DNA of 64,000 nt from a virus: positions 1 through 64,000 of IMG/VR virus record IMGVR_UViG_3300018005_000012; one strand, written 5' to 3'. Below the pieces are notes generated by a model, which worked only from the letters and a program-made list of their open reading frames with translations, did no database searches and was not told the origin of the DNA. This document shows positions 27,692-37,944 of the stretch, in pieces; position 1 is the stretch's first letter; the number at the start of each line of letters is the position of its first letter. A program made the position numbers and the translations under genes.

Positions 27692-29632
27692 TTATCGCCC
27701 TGCATGGGTGTTAAGATGATTGAGATAGTCTTTCTCATACTTGAAAGCCTGCCCATCGAACTCACAACGGAAGGCCCCCTCTTGCTTCTCTGCCTCTGGT
27801 TCTTCAGTGGGTTCCTCTTCAGGTGGCTCTCCTTCAGGTGGGAGTTCGGGTTCCTTACCCCCCTCGCCAATAGATGGCGTGGGTGGCCCCTTCTCCTTTG
27901 GCTCGCTAGGTTCCTTCCCCTTCTCTGGCTCTGGCTCTTTGCCCTTCTCCTTATCCTTCCCCTTCGGCTTCTTGGGTGGAGTAGGCTTTGCAGTAGGCTT
28001 GGTAGTAGGCTTCTCAGGAACCTTACCCACCCACATCTGTTCTCCATTGTGGAAGAGGATGGCCTCAAACTCCTGAAGGTCACGGAAGACTGTTTCATCC
28101 TGTGCAAACCAATCAATCAGAACGTCCAAGTCCTGAGGTAGAATGTGTTGGAAAGTGAAGATGTAGGGCGAGTTGGCTAGGATGTCCTTGTTAACATCAG
28201 CCGTTCTTCGAGCCGCAAAGATGCCGCCCACATTGTAGTTACGACCAACGTTGACCAACTCATTGAGCATACTTCCGGGCTTGGAGTTGTAACGGTCAAC
28301 CTCGTCCAACACTATCATACAATCTCCTCTCTCCAATGCTGCATAGATTATCTCATCTACACCCGCTTGGTCGGAAGGCGTGACCTGATGATAGTCTATG
28401 TTTGGCTGACCATTATACTCAGCAAAATTACCAAGAGCATCCAATAGGATAAACTGATAGTCCTTAAGGATGTCCGATAGAAGCACCTTGATGAGATTGG
28501 TCTTGCCCGAACCCGTCTTACCGAGTATGGTAATCTTGTCCGAGACATCAACCTCAAGTTTGGGCTTCTCTTTGCTCTTCGCTTCTACAGTCGCAGGGTC
28601 AGTGCCAGCGACCTTCTGGGCCTCTGGCGAGAGTTGGGACTCAGGCTCCTTGCCCTTATCCTTCTCTGCAATGCGTGGGTCTTTGAGTTCCTCGGTTTTC
28701 CGACCTTGATATTCGCTATGACCACACTCATCGCAAATCCATGAGTTTGTATCTCCACCATAATAAGACATCGCACCCCCACATTCAGGACAGACCACTT
28801 CCTCGCTCTTAGACTGCCCTTCTTTTTGCTCTTTGATAACCTCGTTACAATCTGCACAGTTGTTAGGGCAGACATCATTATCCATAACACACTCTACACA
28901 AGAAGGTTCACAATCCAAAGAATATTCTTTCTTACCATAGGTTTTTGATTCCCAATCTCGTTGTGGAAAACAGGTAGGGCATTCGGCATATCTTCCTTCA
29001 TGATGCAGTATCTTGTGTTCTTCCTCACTGAACTGGGCTTCGCCTGTGAACTCTGAACTCTCTTCCTGAAGTTCGTCTCCATTATCTTCATCTGGCCCAA
29101 ACTCCAATTCAATGAAGTCTTCAACATCTCCAATTGGATACGAGTAACCACACTGAGAGCAAACCCACTTCCCCGCCTTCAGTGCGTCTGCTTGCTCTTC
29201 TGGCCCCATAGCCCACGGAAAGCCACAGTCGGGACAATCGAAGAGAATGTAATCATCAACATCGCCCTCTCCCTTACCAGTAGGTGCTGTCATTTGAGTG
29301 CTAGTAGGAGTGAATTGGCTCTGAGTGAATGGACTAACATTCTGTTGTGTAGTGGGGTTCAATTGCTGAGAAGGGTCGCCTTGGCTCTGTCCTTCCCAAC
29401 CCTGTCCTGTTGAAGCGTCACCCTGCTCACCATACCACTTCTCTTTCCATTCTGGATGATGCTGAAGAACGTGCTTGTCCATGTCCTCACTAGCCATCTC
29501 AGCCAAGTCCTGCCCACAGTCTGGGCAGACGGTATCAGAAGACGACTGTTCAAATCTAACAGGGTCAGAAGGCTTGGAGCCAACACGGTGGTTAGGCCAA
29601 TCTAAGACTTTCCTCACACTTTTGTCACTCAA
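27692..29632 (-). CDS. FtsK/HerA-superfamily ATPase with acidic multi-Zn-finger N-terminus
   Basis: Walker A GKTGSGKT, Walker B IVLDEVD, arginine-finger VGRNYNV and sensor AARR; several CxxC pairs in low-complexity flanks. Confidence 0.8.
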   Translation of the reverse strand: MSDKSVRKVLDWPNHRVGSKPSDPVRFEQSSSDTVCPDCGQDLAEMASEDMDKHVLQHHPEWKEKWYGEQGDASTGQGWEGQSQGDPSQQLNPTTQQNVSPFTQSQFTPTSTQMTAPTGKGEGDVDDYILFDCPDCGFPWAMGPEEQADALKAGKWVCSQCGYSYPIGDVEDFIELEFGPDEDNGDELQEESSEFTGEAQFSEEEHKILHHEGRYAECPTCFPQRDWESKTYGKKEYSLDCEPSCVECVMDNDVCPNNCADCNEVIKEQKEGQSKSEEVVCPECGGAMSYYGGDTNSWICDECGHSEYQGRKTEELKDPRIAEKDKGKEPESQLSPEAQKVAGTDPATVEAKSKEKPKLEVDVSDKITILGKTGSGKTNLIKVLLSDILKDYQFILLDALGNFAEYNGQPNIDYHQVTPSDQAGVDEIIYAALERGDCMIVLDEVDRYNSKPGSMLNELVNVGRNYNVGGIFAARRTADVNKDILANSPYIFTFQHILPQDLDVLIDWFAQDETVFRDLQEFEAILFHNGEQMWVGKVPEKPTTKPTAKPTPPKKPKGKDKEKGKEPEPEKGKEPSEPKEKGPPTPSIGEGGKEPELPPEGEPPEEEPTEEPEAEKQEGAFRCEFDGQAFKYEKDYLNHLNTHAGR

Positions 29633-29984
29633 CTTGTATCACCAAATAGTTGCTTGCCATTCTAAGCAGATTCGGGTCATCTTTGAAACACCCAAGACCA
29701 CGATTGCAGTTTTCACATAAGACCCCTCTCAATTTGTTGGTCTTATGGTCGTGGTCGAGATGCTTGTTACGACCTTCAACTTCTACTCCACAAATCATAC
29801 AATGAGAACTTGAATCGTAAACTGCTTGTGCTTCTTTCACATTCAATCCTCTAGTTTTCCAAGCACCGTGCCTTCCATTGAACTTCACACGCTCTGGATT
29901 CAAGGCTTTCCATTGTCTTAAATACTCTGGATTCTGCCTTCCATCAGGAAGCGAGTATGGAACCGTTGGTCTCTTATCAGACAT
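29625..29984 (-). CDS. Endonuclease VII-like (His-Me) homing endonuclease
   Basis: CMIC...HLDHDHKTNKLRGVLCENCNRGLG. Confidence 0.9.
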   Translation of the reverse strand: MSDKRPTVPYSLPDGRQNPEYLRQWKALNPERVKFNGRHGAWKTRGLNVKEAQAVYDSSSHCMICGVEVEGRNKHLDHDHKTNKLRGVLCENCNRGLGCFKDDPNLLRMASNYLVIQVE

Positions 29985-30077
29985 ACTACATTGAATAAGC
30001 CCCTTCTCCTATTTAAACGTAGCCACTCCCTCGTAACGCAAACTCTTATAAAGGAGAAACGCCACTTTAAATATAGT

Positions 30078-31976
30078 ATGTCTGATAACTCCACCGATGA
30101 CAAACCGAGAGATAACGTCATCACTGGCACACTGAAACGTCTGGGGTTCATCTCAGCCGCACCAAACAATCTGGTGACAGGAAAAGGATTGAGCGACCCA
30201 ACTGCCCAAGCATCCTACAAGCCGCCCTTGGAATCTCAGTTAGGACAGATTGATAGGGGTGAGGCGTGGTGGAGAGACTTCGCTTGGGAAGAGTATGCGA
30301 CCAAAGACCTGCCCGGTCTCGGTCTAGGCTTCACGGTCTACCCGTATGTTGCCGTCTGGGAGAAGATATGGGGAGCCGTCCCTACCGAAGACTACGAGAA
30401 GTATAAACAATACTACGTTCAGGAGCCGTTCATCAGAGCCACGATAGACTTCCACACACAGATGACTATCTCACAGGGCTATGAGTTGGACTACCCACTC
30501 GCTACTGTAGTGAAGGACGTTAAGGCTTTCCTTGACAGACACGATTTCGTCAATCTACTGAAGGTCATGGTGAAGGATATGCTCGTCTTCGGTAACTCCT
30601 ACACAGAGGTTGTCAGAACTTGGTTCTGCCACGAGACGGGTCACGACCTACAGGAACTAAGGATTTCCTATGAGACACAGGGAAAGGATGGAGAACCGGG
30701 ATACTGGTGGACAGACAGAGTGGACGTTGCCGATAAGCACAACAAGTTGTATCCGACCCACAAGTTGGAGAACCCCTATGGTGAGATTACCCGCTTCAAG
30801 CCACTCGACCCCATGTATATGCGTGTCAGAAGGGATGCCTACGGAACCATCCTTGGGTATGTCCAGTATTACGTTTTTCCGTTGGTCACGTTCTTGGCTG
30901 ACGAGATAGTTCACCTAAGATATATGCCTACCTCTTGGACTTACGAATCAGTCTACGGAGTTTCAATGCTGAGACCTATCCTCTTCCATCAGGAACTCAT
31001 GAAGAACTATGAGCAAACGATGGGAGCCATCATGAATGTCTTCCTGAAACCGATGTTCCTAGTCCATGTTGGCACTTCAGATAACGGCCTGCCTACAGGA
31101 GAAGTAACCAACCAACAGTATAATGCGGTAAGGAGATACTTCCAGTCGAGCCAGCCCGGACAGTCCATCGTAATCAGAGCCTCAAGTCCCGTGAAGGTAG
31201 AGCCAATCAACCCACCCATTGACAGAATGCAGACCACATCCTTCTGGCTTCAGTGGTTACACAACATGAGAACCTACGCCCTATCTGTTCCCAAGTTCTT
31301 CACCGACCCTGCTGGACTCAACAGAGCCACAGCCCAGACAGTAGAGAGAGGATACTTTACTTTCATCAGTTCCAACCGCCAGTCCTTGAACAGCCAACTA
31401 GAACGGAGCATCATGATAATGGTGTTGAAGTCGCTCTATGGTAAGGTTGCAGACGAACTCATCCATGAGTATGATGTGCCCAAGTTTATCTGGAAACCAG
31501 TGAAAGAGGACTCCCTAGAGGACAAAGCAAAAACTTATTTACCCCTCTACGCAAGCCGTATCCTGACAAGAGATGAAGTCAGAAAGGCACTCGGCTTTGA
31601 GCCACTGGATGAGGAAGCGTTGGAACAGGAGATAGGTGAGACAATGCCACCTATGGCTCAGACAGGAGCAGGAGCACCCGGAGTGACACATGAAGGAACA
31701 CCGACCTTCGGTAGTCCAGATGAGAAGATGGCCACAAGACCGCCTGACGTTGGTGTATCGCCAAACGTAGGAGCCGAACCAGAATGGGGAGCAGACATGG
31801 CAGAGAAGACCGAACAAGGAGAAAGACTAACAGAGGTAGAAGACGACATAGATGCCTTGAGACAGGAGTTTAGTGCTCTTAAGAGAGAGGCACAAGGCTT
31901 GTTAGATATGCCCACTACAGAGGACATAGAAAAGAATCTAACAGAAATGAAGAAACGGCTTGGCGGGAAGCAATGA
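30078..31976 (+). CDS. Portal protein
   Basis: LVFGNSY, LDPMYMRVRRD..G.ILGYVQ, DEIVHLR, YGVSML, ILTRDEVRKALG; ATG 30078 preferred over the track start 29991. Confidence 0.88.
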   Translation: MSDNSTDDKPRDNVITGTLKRLGFISAAPNNLVTGKGLSDPTAQASYKPPLESQLGQIDRGEAWWRDFAWEEYATKDLPGLGLGFTVYPYVAVWEKIWGAVPTEDYEKYKQYYVQEPFIRATIDFHTQMTISQGYELDYPLATVVKDVKAFLDRHDFVNLLKVMVKDMLVFGNSYTEVVRTWFCHETGHDLQELRISYETQGKDGEPGYWWTDRVDVADKHNKLYPTHKLENPYGEITRFKPLDPMYMRVRRDAYGTILGYVQYYVFPLVTFLADEIVHLRYMPTSWTYESVYGVSMLRPILFHQELMKNYEQTMGAIMNVFLKPMFLVHVGTSDNGLPTGEVTNQQYNAVRRYFQSSQPGQSIVIRASSPVKVEPINPPIDRMQTTSFWLQWLHNMRTYALSVPKFFTDPAGLNRATAQTVERGYFTFISSNRQSLNSQLERSIMIMVLKSLYGKVADELIHEYDVPKFIWKPVKEDSLEDKAKTYLPLYASRILTRDEVRKALGFEPLDEEALEQEIGETMPPMAQTGAGAPGVTHEGTPTFGSPDEKMATRPPDVGVSPNVGAEPEWGADMAEKTEQGERLTEVEDDIDALRQEFSALKREAQGLLDMPTTEDIEKNLTEMKKRLGGKQ

Positions 31977-32146
31977 AAAGCGACAATGAGACGTTCTTCG
32001 CTTGCATTCGCCACCCCTGTTCTCTAACCTTTAGAGAGGTTTTCTTTCTGATACATCTAGGTTTCGAGCCATGCCCAATGTGCGGCTGTCCTTTAGGTTC
32101 TCACAAAGAAGTGTGAGAATCCTTTTATACCCTGCTACAGTAGGGG

Positions 32147-32992
32147 GTGGTAATGACGCAACCTACAATCGAGGAAATGCTCCGCAAATACCCCGCCCTC
32201 AAACGGTTTGAGAGCAACCCAGACGCAGTTCGCCAACTCTTCGCAGAACTCAATCCTAAGAAGAGCCTCTCTGATTTAGGAGAGGGAGACTATGTGAATG
32301 GGATTGATGTCCTGATTGTGAGAGTCATTGGCACATCCTACTATGTGGGATGTCCAGTGTGCTACCGCAAGAAGGAAGGCGTTGAGATTGGCACATCATT
32401 CGACTGCACCGATGTCAAGTGCCATACACAGAGAGTCGCAACCAAACTGACCAAGTGGACACTGCTAGGTGGAGACGAAAAGACAAAGGCCATTCTCGAC
32501 TTCCCACCCTTCGCCTACAAGATAGAAGACGGAAACGAATACTTGGCGAAGGTTGTCAACATCAAAGGAAGAGTGCAAAAGATGACCGACCAAAAGCAGA
32601 ATGGACAGGTGGTAGGGAAGACCCCCGTAATCATGGTGAGAGACATGACTGTTGTCTCAGACATAAGAGACGCAGAAGTGGAACCTCTCGCAGAGATAAT
32701 CACCAAATCTACGTTGGCAGAAGCCGCCCAAATACCGTTGACTCCGACTGCCACAGCACCTACTCAAGCGTCTCCACCTGCTCCACCCGTCCCAACCATC
32801 CCCGAAGCCAAACTCAAAGCGTTCAACACTTGGATGACCATCATGAAGACGGTGACAGATGCCCAACTGAAGAACCACGTTGAGAACAACCTCAAGTTGA
32901 AGTTGGATGACGTTCTGCCTCTTGTGGACAAGCACTTCCTAGACAACAACCAGACAACCGTATTTACGCTGAGACCTGAACCTACACACTGA
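32147..32992 (+). CDS. rpa: RPA-like ssDNA-binding protein (OB fold with Zn ribbon)
   Basis: YVGCPVCYRK...CTDVKC inserted in OB-type strands, as in RPA70-C and archaeal RPA. Confidence 0.7.
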   Translation: MVMTQPTIEEMLRKYPALKRFESNPDAVRQLFAELNPKKSLSDLGEGDYVNGIDVLIVRVIGTSYYVGCPVCYRKKEGVEIGTSFDCTDVKCHTQRVATKLTKWTLLGGDEKTKAILDFPPFAYKIEDGNEYLAKVVNIKGRVQKMTDQKQNGQVVGKTPVIMVRDMTVVSDIRDAEVEPLAEIITKSTLAEAAQIPLTPTATAPTQASPPAPPVPTIPEAKLKAFNTWMTIMKTVTDAQLKNHVENNLKLKLDDVLPLVDKHFLDNNQTTVFTLRPEPTH

Positions 32993-33012
32993 GGTTCGGG
33001 TCTTCCCCTTTT
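32974..33012 (+). terminator. Hairpin plus pyrimidine tract terminator
   Basis: ACCTGAACCT...AGGTTCGGGT followed by CTTCCCCTTTT. Confidence 0.5.
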
Positions 33013-33054
33013 CTGAACACCTTTAAATAGTCCCGTCACTCTTATCTCCTTAGT

Positions 33055-34146
33055 ATGCAACCGCCTTACGCACCTGCATCGCCCCAACAGCCAGCACCGA
33101 AGCAGGGCCAGCCGAACTATCCTAACATCGAGAAGTTCAATGAAGAGCAACCCAAAGGGCCATGTGCACTTTGCGACCAACCGTGGGAAAATCATTGGAC
33201 TATAGACGACCATGAGTATATGCCACTAAAGACGGAAGAGCCAGCCCCTAGTGATGTTTGTCAAGAATGTGGAGACTTGCTTTCAGTAGAAGAGATAGAA
33301 AAGGGTGAGATATACTGTTCTAACTGTAAAACCGATGTTATGGAGAAACAGGAACCAGACCCTAGCAATCCTGATAGAGAGTTGGACACTGACCCTGAGA
33401 TTCCAGAGCCAGTAGAGCCGGGTGAGGACGAGGACGAGAAGAAGCCTTTTGACGGTAAGCCAGTCACAACCGAAGGGCTAGAGGTTCCAGACAAGATTGA
33501 GATACCTGAGAGGCTCTACAACGACCTGATGATGATGATTGAATACTCCGTGAGTAATGACAATGAAGCGGGTGGCTTCCTCATAGTTGCCAAGCATGGT
33601 GAACTAGGTGTAGTGGGAGAGCAGTTTGGGAAGGACAGGGAGATAGTGCTGGAGCCTAACGAGCAACTCCATGAAGGGGAGTCTCTCATTGGAACAGTCC
33701 ATATGCACCCCGTAACTCCAACGGCCAGCACTGGCGATGTCTCTGGTTACTTGGGCGATGAAAACGAGAAGGTCATGGTGGTCGTGGGACAGGACAAGTC
33801 TATCAACTTCTTCTTCAAGACCCCCTTCACAGCCGAAGGAGACTACGGAGAGGAGATAAGCGACAACTTCGAGCAGGAAGACATGGATATGCTGGCCGAA
33901 GGGCTAGGCTTCATCTGGTATCGGGGCGAGGAATCGGACAGGACTACCCTCAACCTCATGTCCAATACGGTGGACAACGTGGAGTTGAACATCGTAGAAG
34001 ACGTTTGGCCCGTTGAAGACCTCGTGAAAGGGCTAGGGATTAAGGGCAGACCTGACATACCGGAAGAGTATTCAACCAAAAAACAGCCACTTCGTCTTCA
34101 GATACCGTTCCATCTACACTGCAACGAGAGAAGGCTAATTGGATAG
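33055..34146 (+). CDS. JAB/MPN+ (JAMM) metalloprotease with acidic Zn-finger N-terminus
   Basis: NEAGGFL...IGTVHMHPVTPTASTGD matches E...HxH-x5-S-x2-D. Confidence 0.8.
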   Translation: MQPPYAPASPQQPAPKQGQPNYPNIEKFNEEQPKGPCALCDQPWENHWTIDDHEYMPLKTEEPAPSDVCQECGDLLSVEEIEKGEIYCSNCKTDVMEKQEPDPSNPDRELDTDPEIPEPVEPGEDEDEKKPFDGKPVTTEGLEVPDKIEIPERLYNDLMMMIEYSVSNDNEAGGFLIVAKHGELGVVGEQFGKDREIVLEPNEQLHEGESLIGTVHMHPVTPTASTGDVSGYLGDENEKVMVVVGQDKSINFFFKTPFTAEGDYGEEISDNFEQEDMDMLAEGLGFIWYRGEESDRTTLNLMSNTVDNVELNIVEDVWPVEDLVKGLGIKGRPDIPEEYSTKKQPLRLQIPFHLHCNERRLIG

Positions 34147-34294
34147 CATAATCTTTAAATAGTCTGCTACCATAGGGTGTGTGCGAACCATCAGATGTAT
34201 GACACCCATACTTGCCGTGTGAATGAAGCGTGATTGGGGGTATAGTATACCCCCTAAACGCAATGTTTAATAGGTATGAATGTGAAAAGGGGGT

Positions 34295-34534
34295 ATGGTA
34301 GCCCTCTCAGACGTTGGGAAATATCTGAAGGAAGAGGCCAAGTTCCTTGGTGTTACTCTGTTGGCAACAGCCGCAGGGGGCATCGTTGGAGCAGTGATAG
34401 CATGGGTCATTTCACTATTCAGTGGAGTGCCCGTTCTCTCATCGGCAATCGTTCAGCCTGCCTTTGTAGCCCTAGCACCGCTAGGAGCATTGGCTGGCTT
34501 TGCGACCTCTTTCATACGCAGGATGTTGGCGTAA
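34295..34534 (+). CDS. Small two-TM membrane protein
   Basis: Two hydrophobic helices; followed by the terminator hairpin TGTTGGCGTA/TACGCCAACA and a T run. Confidence 0.7.
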   Translation: MVALSDVGKYLKEEAKFLGVTLLATAAGGIVGAVIAWVISLFSGVPVLSSAIVQPAFVALAPLGALAGFATSFIRRMLA

Positions 34535-34605
34535 GGAAATCTACGCCAACACGGTTTTTTTCTAACCTAGCCTATATCTTTATATAGGTCACTCTCTAAG
34601 GAAAT

Positions 34606-34989
34606 GTGTTGCCAAAGAAAACATGGGGTGTTATTGAAATTAGAAGAACCACCAGTGGGTGGTGGGATGGAGTTGTCAACATTGAAGCGTTGGTTGAAGC
34701 AGTTCCAGAGGTTACGGGGCCACTCTTCGATGTAGACAATGATAAGGGGCTGAAGCCTATAGCCGCCAGACGAGAAGTGCCAGCCGACAGGTCTTTCATG
34801 ACTGAGACTCTCTTGAAGGAAATGGGCATCCTTCATTACAACGACTCGTGGATAGGCTCGGATGAGATAGAAGAGGTCTTCAGCGTTACAAGACCGAAGA
34901 AGGGATGGGCCACCGTCTTCAATCTCATTAAGAACTTTGCCTCACAGTATGGCGGAGAGAACGTAAGGCTGATTGTCTGGTTTAGTTAG
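34606..34989 (+). CDS. Hypothetical protein
   Basis: Ends YGGENVRLIVWF; own TATA. Confidence 0.7.
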   Translation: MLPKKTWGVIEIRRTTSGWWDGVVNIEALVEAVPEVTGPLFDVDNDKGLKPIAARREVPADRSFMTETLLKEMGILHYNDSWIGSDEIEEVFSVTRPKKGWATVFNLIKNFASQYGGENVRLIVWFS

Positions 34990-35035
34990 GATTTTGCTTA
35001 GAATCTTTATATAGGTTGCTCACTAAGGGTAGCCG

Positions 35036-35995
35036 ATGAACATATCCAGAAAGACAGCAACACGAGTTCTTCCTTCACTCATAGTCGCAACTCTACTTGT
35101 TCTGGCCATCATGATACCAGTAGTGTTGGCATGGAACGGAACCTGTAGCGAAACCTATCCATCAGACACTAACCTTGGCACAGCATCCGTATCAGCAAAC
35201 GGAATTTATCATGTTGTGCAAGGAGACCCATTCACAATTCCTAGTCTCACTGGTTGGTGTTGGAATCTGAATGTGAATGTGCCAACGAAGGGCACGACCA
35301 CAACCACAGTAACTTCGCCTACCACTACAACTAAGACGATGCCGACTACAGTGACGAGCACCGTTACTGGCCCAACAACAACTAAGACCGCTACAACAAC
35401 CCTTCCAGCAAATACAGTGACAAACACACAAACTTCTACAGAAACGCAAAGTGTCACTACAACTGAAACAGAGACCCTTCCGGTCACTACTACACAGACT
35501 CTTACACAGACTAGCACCGAAGTCCAGACTCAGAGTGTAACGCAAACTGAGACAACAACCGTAACTAACACGGTAACTGGTGAGGGTCAGAATGTGACTG
35601 AGACAGTAACAGAGACTAACACACAAGTTGTTCCTGTAGTAACGACTCAGACTGTTACAGAAACAACAACAGAGTTTGGTATTGGATTTGTTACTCAAGT
35701 GATAACAACGACTCTACCGAACCCGAACACTGTTACTCAGACCACAACTCAGACTAACACCCAACCGACCACAGTAACGGCACAAGGCCCAACGATAACA
35801 ACGACAGAACAGGGGCCGACTGGAACCGTAACACACACAGTCACACAAACTGTCACTCACACACCACTAACCACTCCTCCGCCCACTGGCAACTTCCCCA
35901 TCTTAGGACTTCCGTTCCTAGTATGGCTTTGGGTATTGGTGGCTGGCGGCTGTGGTATCGTCATAGGTTACACCGTCACACGGAAGAAACCGTAA
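35036..35995 (+). CDS. Thr-rich mucin-like membrane-anchored surface protein
   Basis: Signal peptide, about 200 aa of T/V/E/Q repeats, C-terminal TM helix plus RKKP. Confidence 0.85.
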   Translation: MNISRKTATRVLPSLIVATLLVLAIMIPVVLAWNGTCSETYPSDTNLGTASVSANGIYHVVQGDPFTIPSLTGWCWNLNVNVPTKGTTTTTVTSPTTTTKTMPTTVTSTVTGPTTTKTATTTLPANTVTNTQTSTETQSVTTTETETLPVTTTQTLTQTSTEVQTQSVTQTETTTVTNTVTGEGQNVTETVTETNTQVVPVVTTQTVTETTTEFGIGFVTQVITTTLPNPNTVTQTTTQTNTQPTTVTAQGPTITTTEQGPTGTVTHTVTQTVTHTPLTTPPPTGNFPILGLPFLVWLWVLVAGGCGIVIGYTVTRKKP

Positions 35996-36034
35996 AGGGA
36001 CTCAGGGATTAGTCCCTGATTCCTTCCCCCTTTT
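35996..36034. terminator. Hairpin between convergent genes
   Basis: TCAGGGA-TTAG-TCCCTGA followed by a pyrimidine tract. Confidence 0.55.
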
Positions 36035-36347
36035 AAATAAGAACGTGCAAGAAGTAGAGTATCGTTGCTAAGGCCGCACCAGACGCAATTACTCCGCCTA
36101 TGGTAGCGAAGAGTTTAATCGTAAAGTCCCTGTAGTCTGTGCCCTTCTGCACTCCTCTTTCGAGAACACCAACACGCTCTGCCAAGACAGTGCTGTTGTG
36201 ATTCATAATGGCACAACTCTCTTTAATCGAGTCTATCTTCACTCCAAGTGTGGCTCTATCGGCTTTGCTCTCAGCAATGAAATCAGTCAACTTATCATTC
36301 AGTTGAAGTAACAAATCTCGTGTGGTTGAACCATTCTCAGCCATCAC
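36033..36347 (-). CDS. Coiled-coil protein with C-terminal TM (holin/XhlA-like architecture)
   Basis: Heptad-like N-terminus plus one C-terminal hydrophobic helix. Confidence 0.55.
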   Translation of the reverse strand: MMAENGSTTRDLLLQLNDKLTDFIAESKADRATLGVKIDSIKESCAIMNHNSTVLAERVGVLERGVQKGTDYRDFTIKLFATIGGVIASGAALATILYFLHVLI

Positions 36348-37189
36348 GCTTCACCCTTCTCTGGCGTTGGCTCTGAGGGAGTGGGCGAAGTCAGACTTCT
36401 CATATACTCTCTTGGCGAGGCCATATGGATAGTCTCTTCGGGTGGTTCTTCGACTGTCTCTTCTGGCGTTGGGAAGCCCATCTCCTTTGCCTCCTTTAGT
36501 GCTGTCATGATACTGTTGACGACCTCAATCGCACTATCTATGTCCTCGAAGTCCAAGTCTTCGATAGTGGCCAAATAACTCTCGATTCCCTGAACGAGAT
36601 TGGTTGCATCAGTTAAAGCATCAGTCAAGACCGACTTGACCATCTTAGCATCAAGCGGTGCTTCCTCTTCCCCTTTACTTGCTTCTTGATAAGTCTTACA
36701 AGGGCAATCTGCCGCACCGGGAAAATAAGAGGTGGGTGCATGACAACCATCTTCTTGATGATAACCTTCTACATGACCACATACACACTTGCCCTCTTCC
36801 TCTCGCATGGGTATGTCTTCTGGAGCAGTGAACGGTGTCCTTTTAGTTGCAAACTCTCCAGTCTCGGCTTGGTGTTGACTTACATGATGACTCCTCTTTT
36901 CGGGGTCAGAAGGTAGTTTGTTTCCACAGACTGGACACGGATGGCCTGATTCCTCATCCTCACTTCTGCTTACCTCAATAGGCTCGGTGGGTGAGACCTT
37001 ACTGTTAGGAGTAAGACACTCTTCGGCTTTTCTGAGAGCATCTTCAGCCTTCTCGTAGTAGGCCATCTCAGTCCCCCTTACCTTATCAATCTCAGTCATA
37101 GGGTCGTCCCGACTGTAGAACTCTTCGGCCTTAGAGACATCCTCTTCGGCCTTCTGAAGCAGGGCTGGCCAACTCAGTTTGTAACTCAT
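36344..37189 (-). CDS. Acidic Zn-finger protein
   Basis: CPVC...HHVSQH, CVCGH...CH...CPC; E/P-rich linkers. Confidence 0.7.
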   Translation of the reverse strand: MSYKLSWPALLQKAEEDVSKAEEFYSRDDPMTEIDKVRGTEMAYYEKAEDALRKAEECLTPNSKVSPTEPIEVSRSEDEESGHPCPVCGNKLPSDPEKRSHHVSQHQAETGEFATKRTPFTAPEDIPMREEEGKCVCGHVEGYHQEDGCHAPTSYFPGAADCPCKTYQEASKGEEEAPLDAKMVKSVLTDALTDATNLVQGIESYLATIEDLDFEDIDSAIEVVNSIMTALKEAKEMGFPTPEETVEEPPEETIHMASPREYMRSLTSPTPSEPTPEKGEA

Positions 37190-37236
37190 CCTATATCAAG
37201 TCTTTATAGGGTTGGGAACTATTTAAAGGTGCTGTC

Positions 37237-37944
37237 CTACAGCAATTCATGAGGCGACTTCAGAAAGACTTTCCAATCTATCGGAGTCGGTTTACGCTGG
37301 TAGAGTTGATAGAACTCATTGACGTAGTTCTCTGGATATTGGCTCCGTCTCAGAATCTCTTGAAGTGAGAGAGTAGGGTCTACTGGGATTTTCCATCGCA
37401 CAGGGGTAGGATGCTCAGGGTCAACCGAGTGCTTGGTGAGGGTGATGCGACAAATCCTGTCCAGACTTATGAAGACTCGCTTATCGTGAAGATACTGAAG
37501 CCAAGTGGCTAGGTTCCAATAGAGTTCGTCCCGATACTCACGCAACTCTTTGTAGGTAGCGGGAGTGATGTAGATGTAGAAGTGGAAACCCTTACCCGCA
37601 CTGAAGAACATATCCACGTTGTTCCAGAACCGAGTGCCAAAGAACTTTGCCTTCTCCAAGACACTGGTGAAGGTATCACCATCTTTCACATCTATGTCTA
37701 CAAAGAGTCGGTTAATCACCACTGCATCCTTCTGCTCTTGTGGCCACTCTTTGGTCTTAAGAGGGGCATAGAATGGGAAGTAGGCATCTTCAACCCCAAT
37801 CAATCTATCTAATACATAACTATAATATTCGCTGATTGTGCTCACATGGTATCTATACAACCCTACGTCTGCCGGAATCTGAGGCAGGTCTCTGTCCCAA
37901 TAGGCTTTCGCCAGACTAAGTAATGGCATATTTGATTGAGTCAA
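37237..37944 (-). CDS. priS: Archaeo-eukaryotic primase catalytic subunit
   Basis: LFVDID, FSAGKGFHFY, LDRICRI. Confidence 0.88.
   Translation of the reverse strand: MTQSNMPLLSLAKAYWDRDLPQIPADVGLYRYHVSTISEYYSYVLDRLIGVEDAYFPFYAPLKTKEWPQEQKDAVVINRLFVDIDVKDGDTFTSVLEKAKFFGTRFWNNVDMFFSAGKGFHFYIYITPATYKELREYRDELYWNLATWLQYLHDKRVFISLDRICRITLTKHSVDPEHPTPVRWKIPVDPTLSLQEILRRSQYPENYVNEFYQLYQRKPTPIDWKVFLKSPHELL

Noticed and set aside
29991-30077. Portal N-terminal extension from TTG 29991
   Set aside because: Spans the divergent promoter region; ATG 30078 fits the TATA spacing
34160-34262. Additional ncRNA with GGGGGTATA-G-TATACCCCC hairpin
   Set aside because: A promoter and one hairpin are present, but this is equally explained by a micro-ORF plus terminator; too little structure to call
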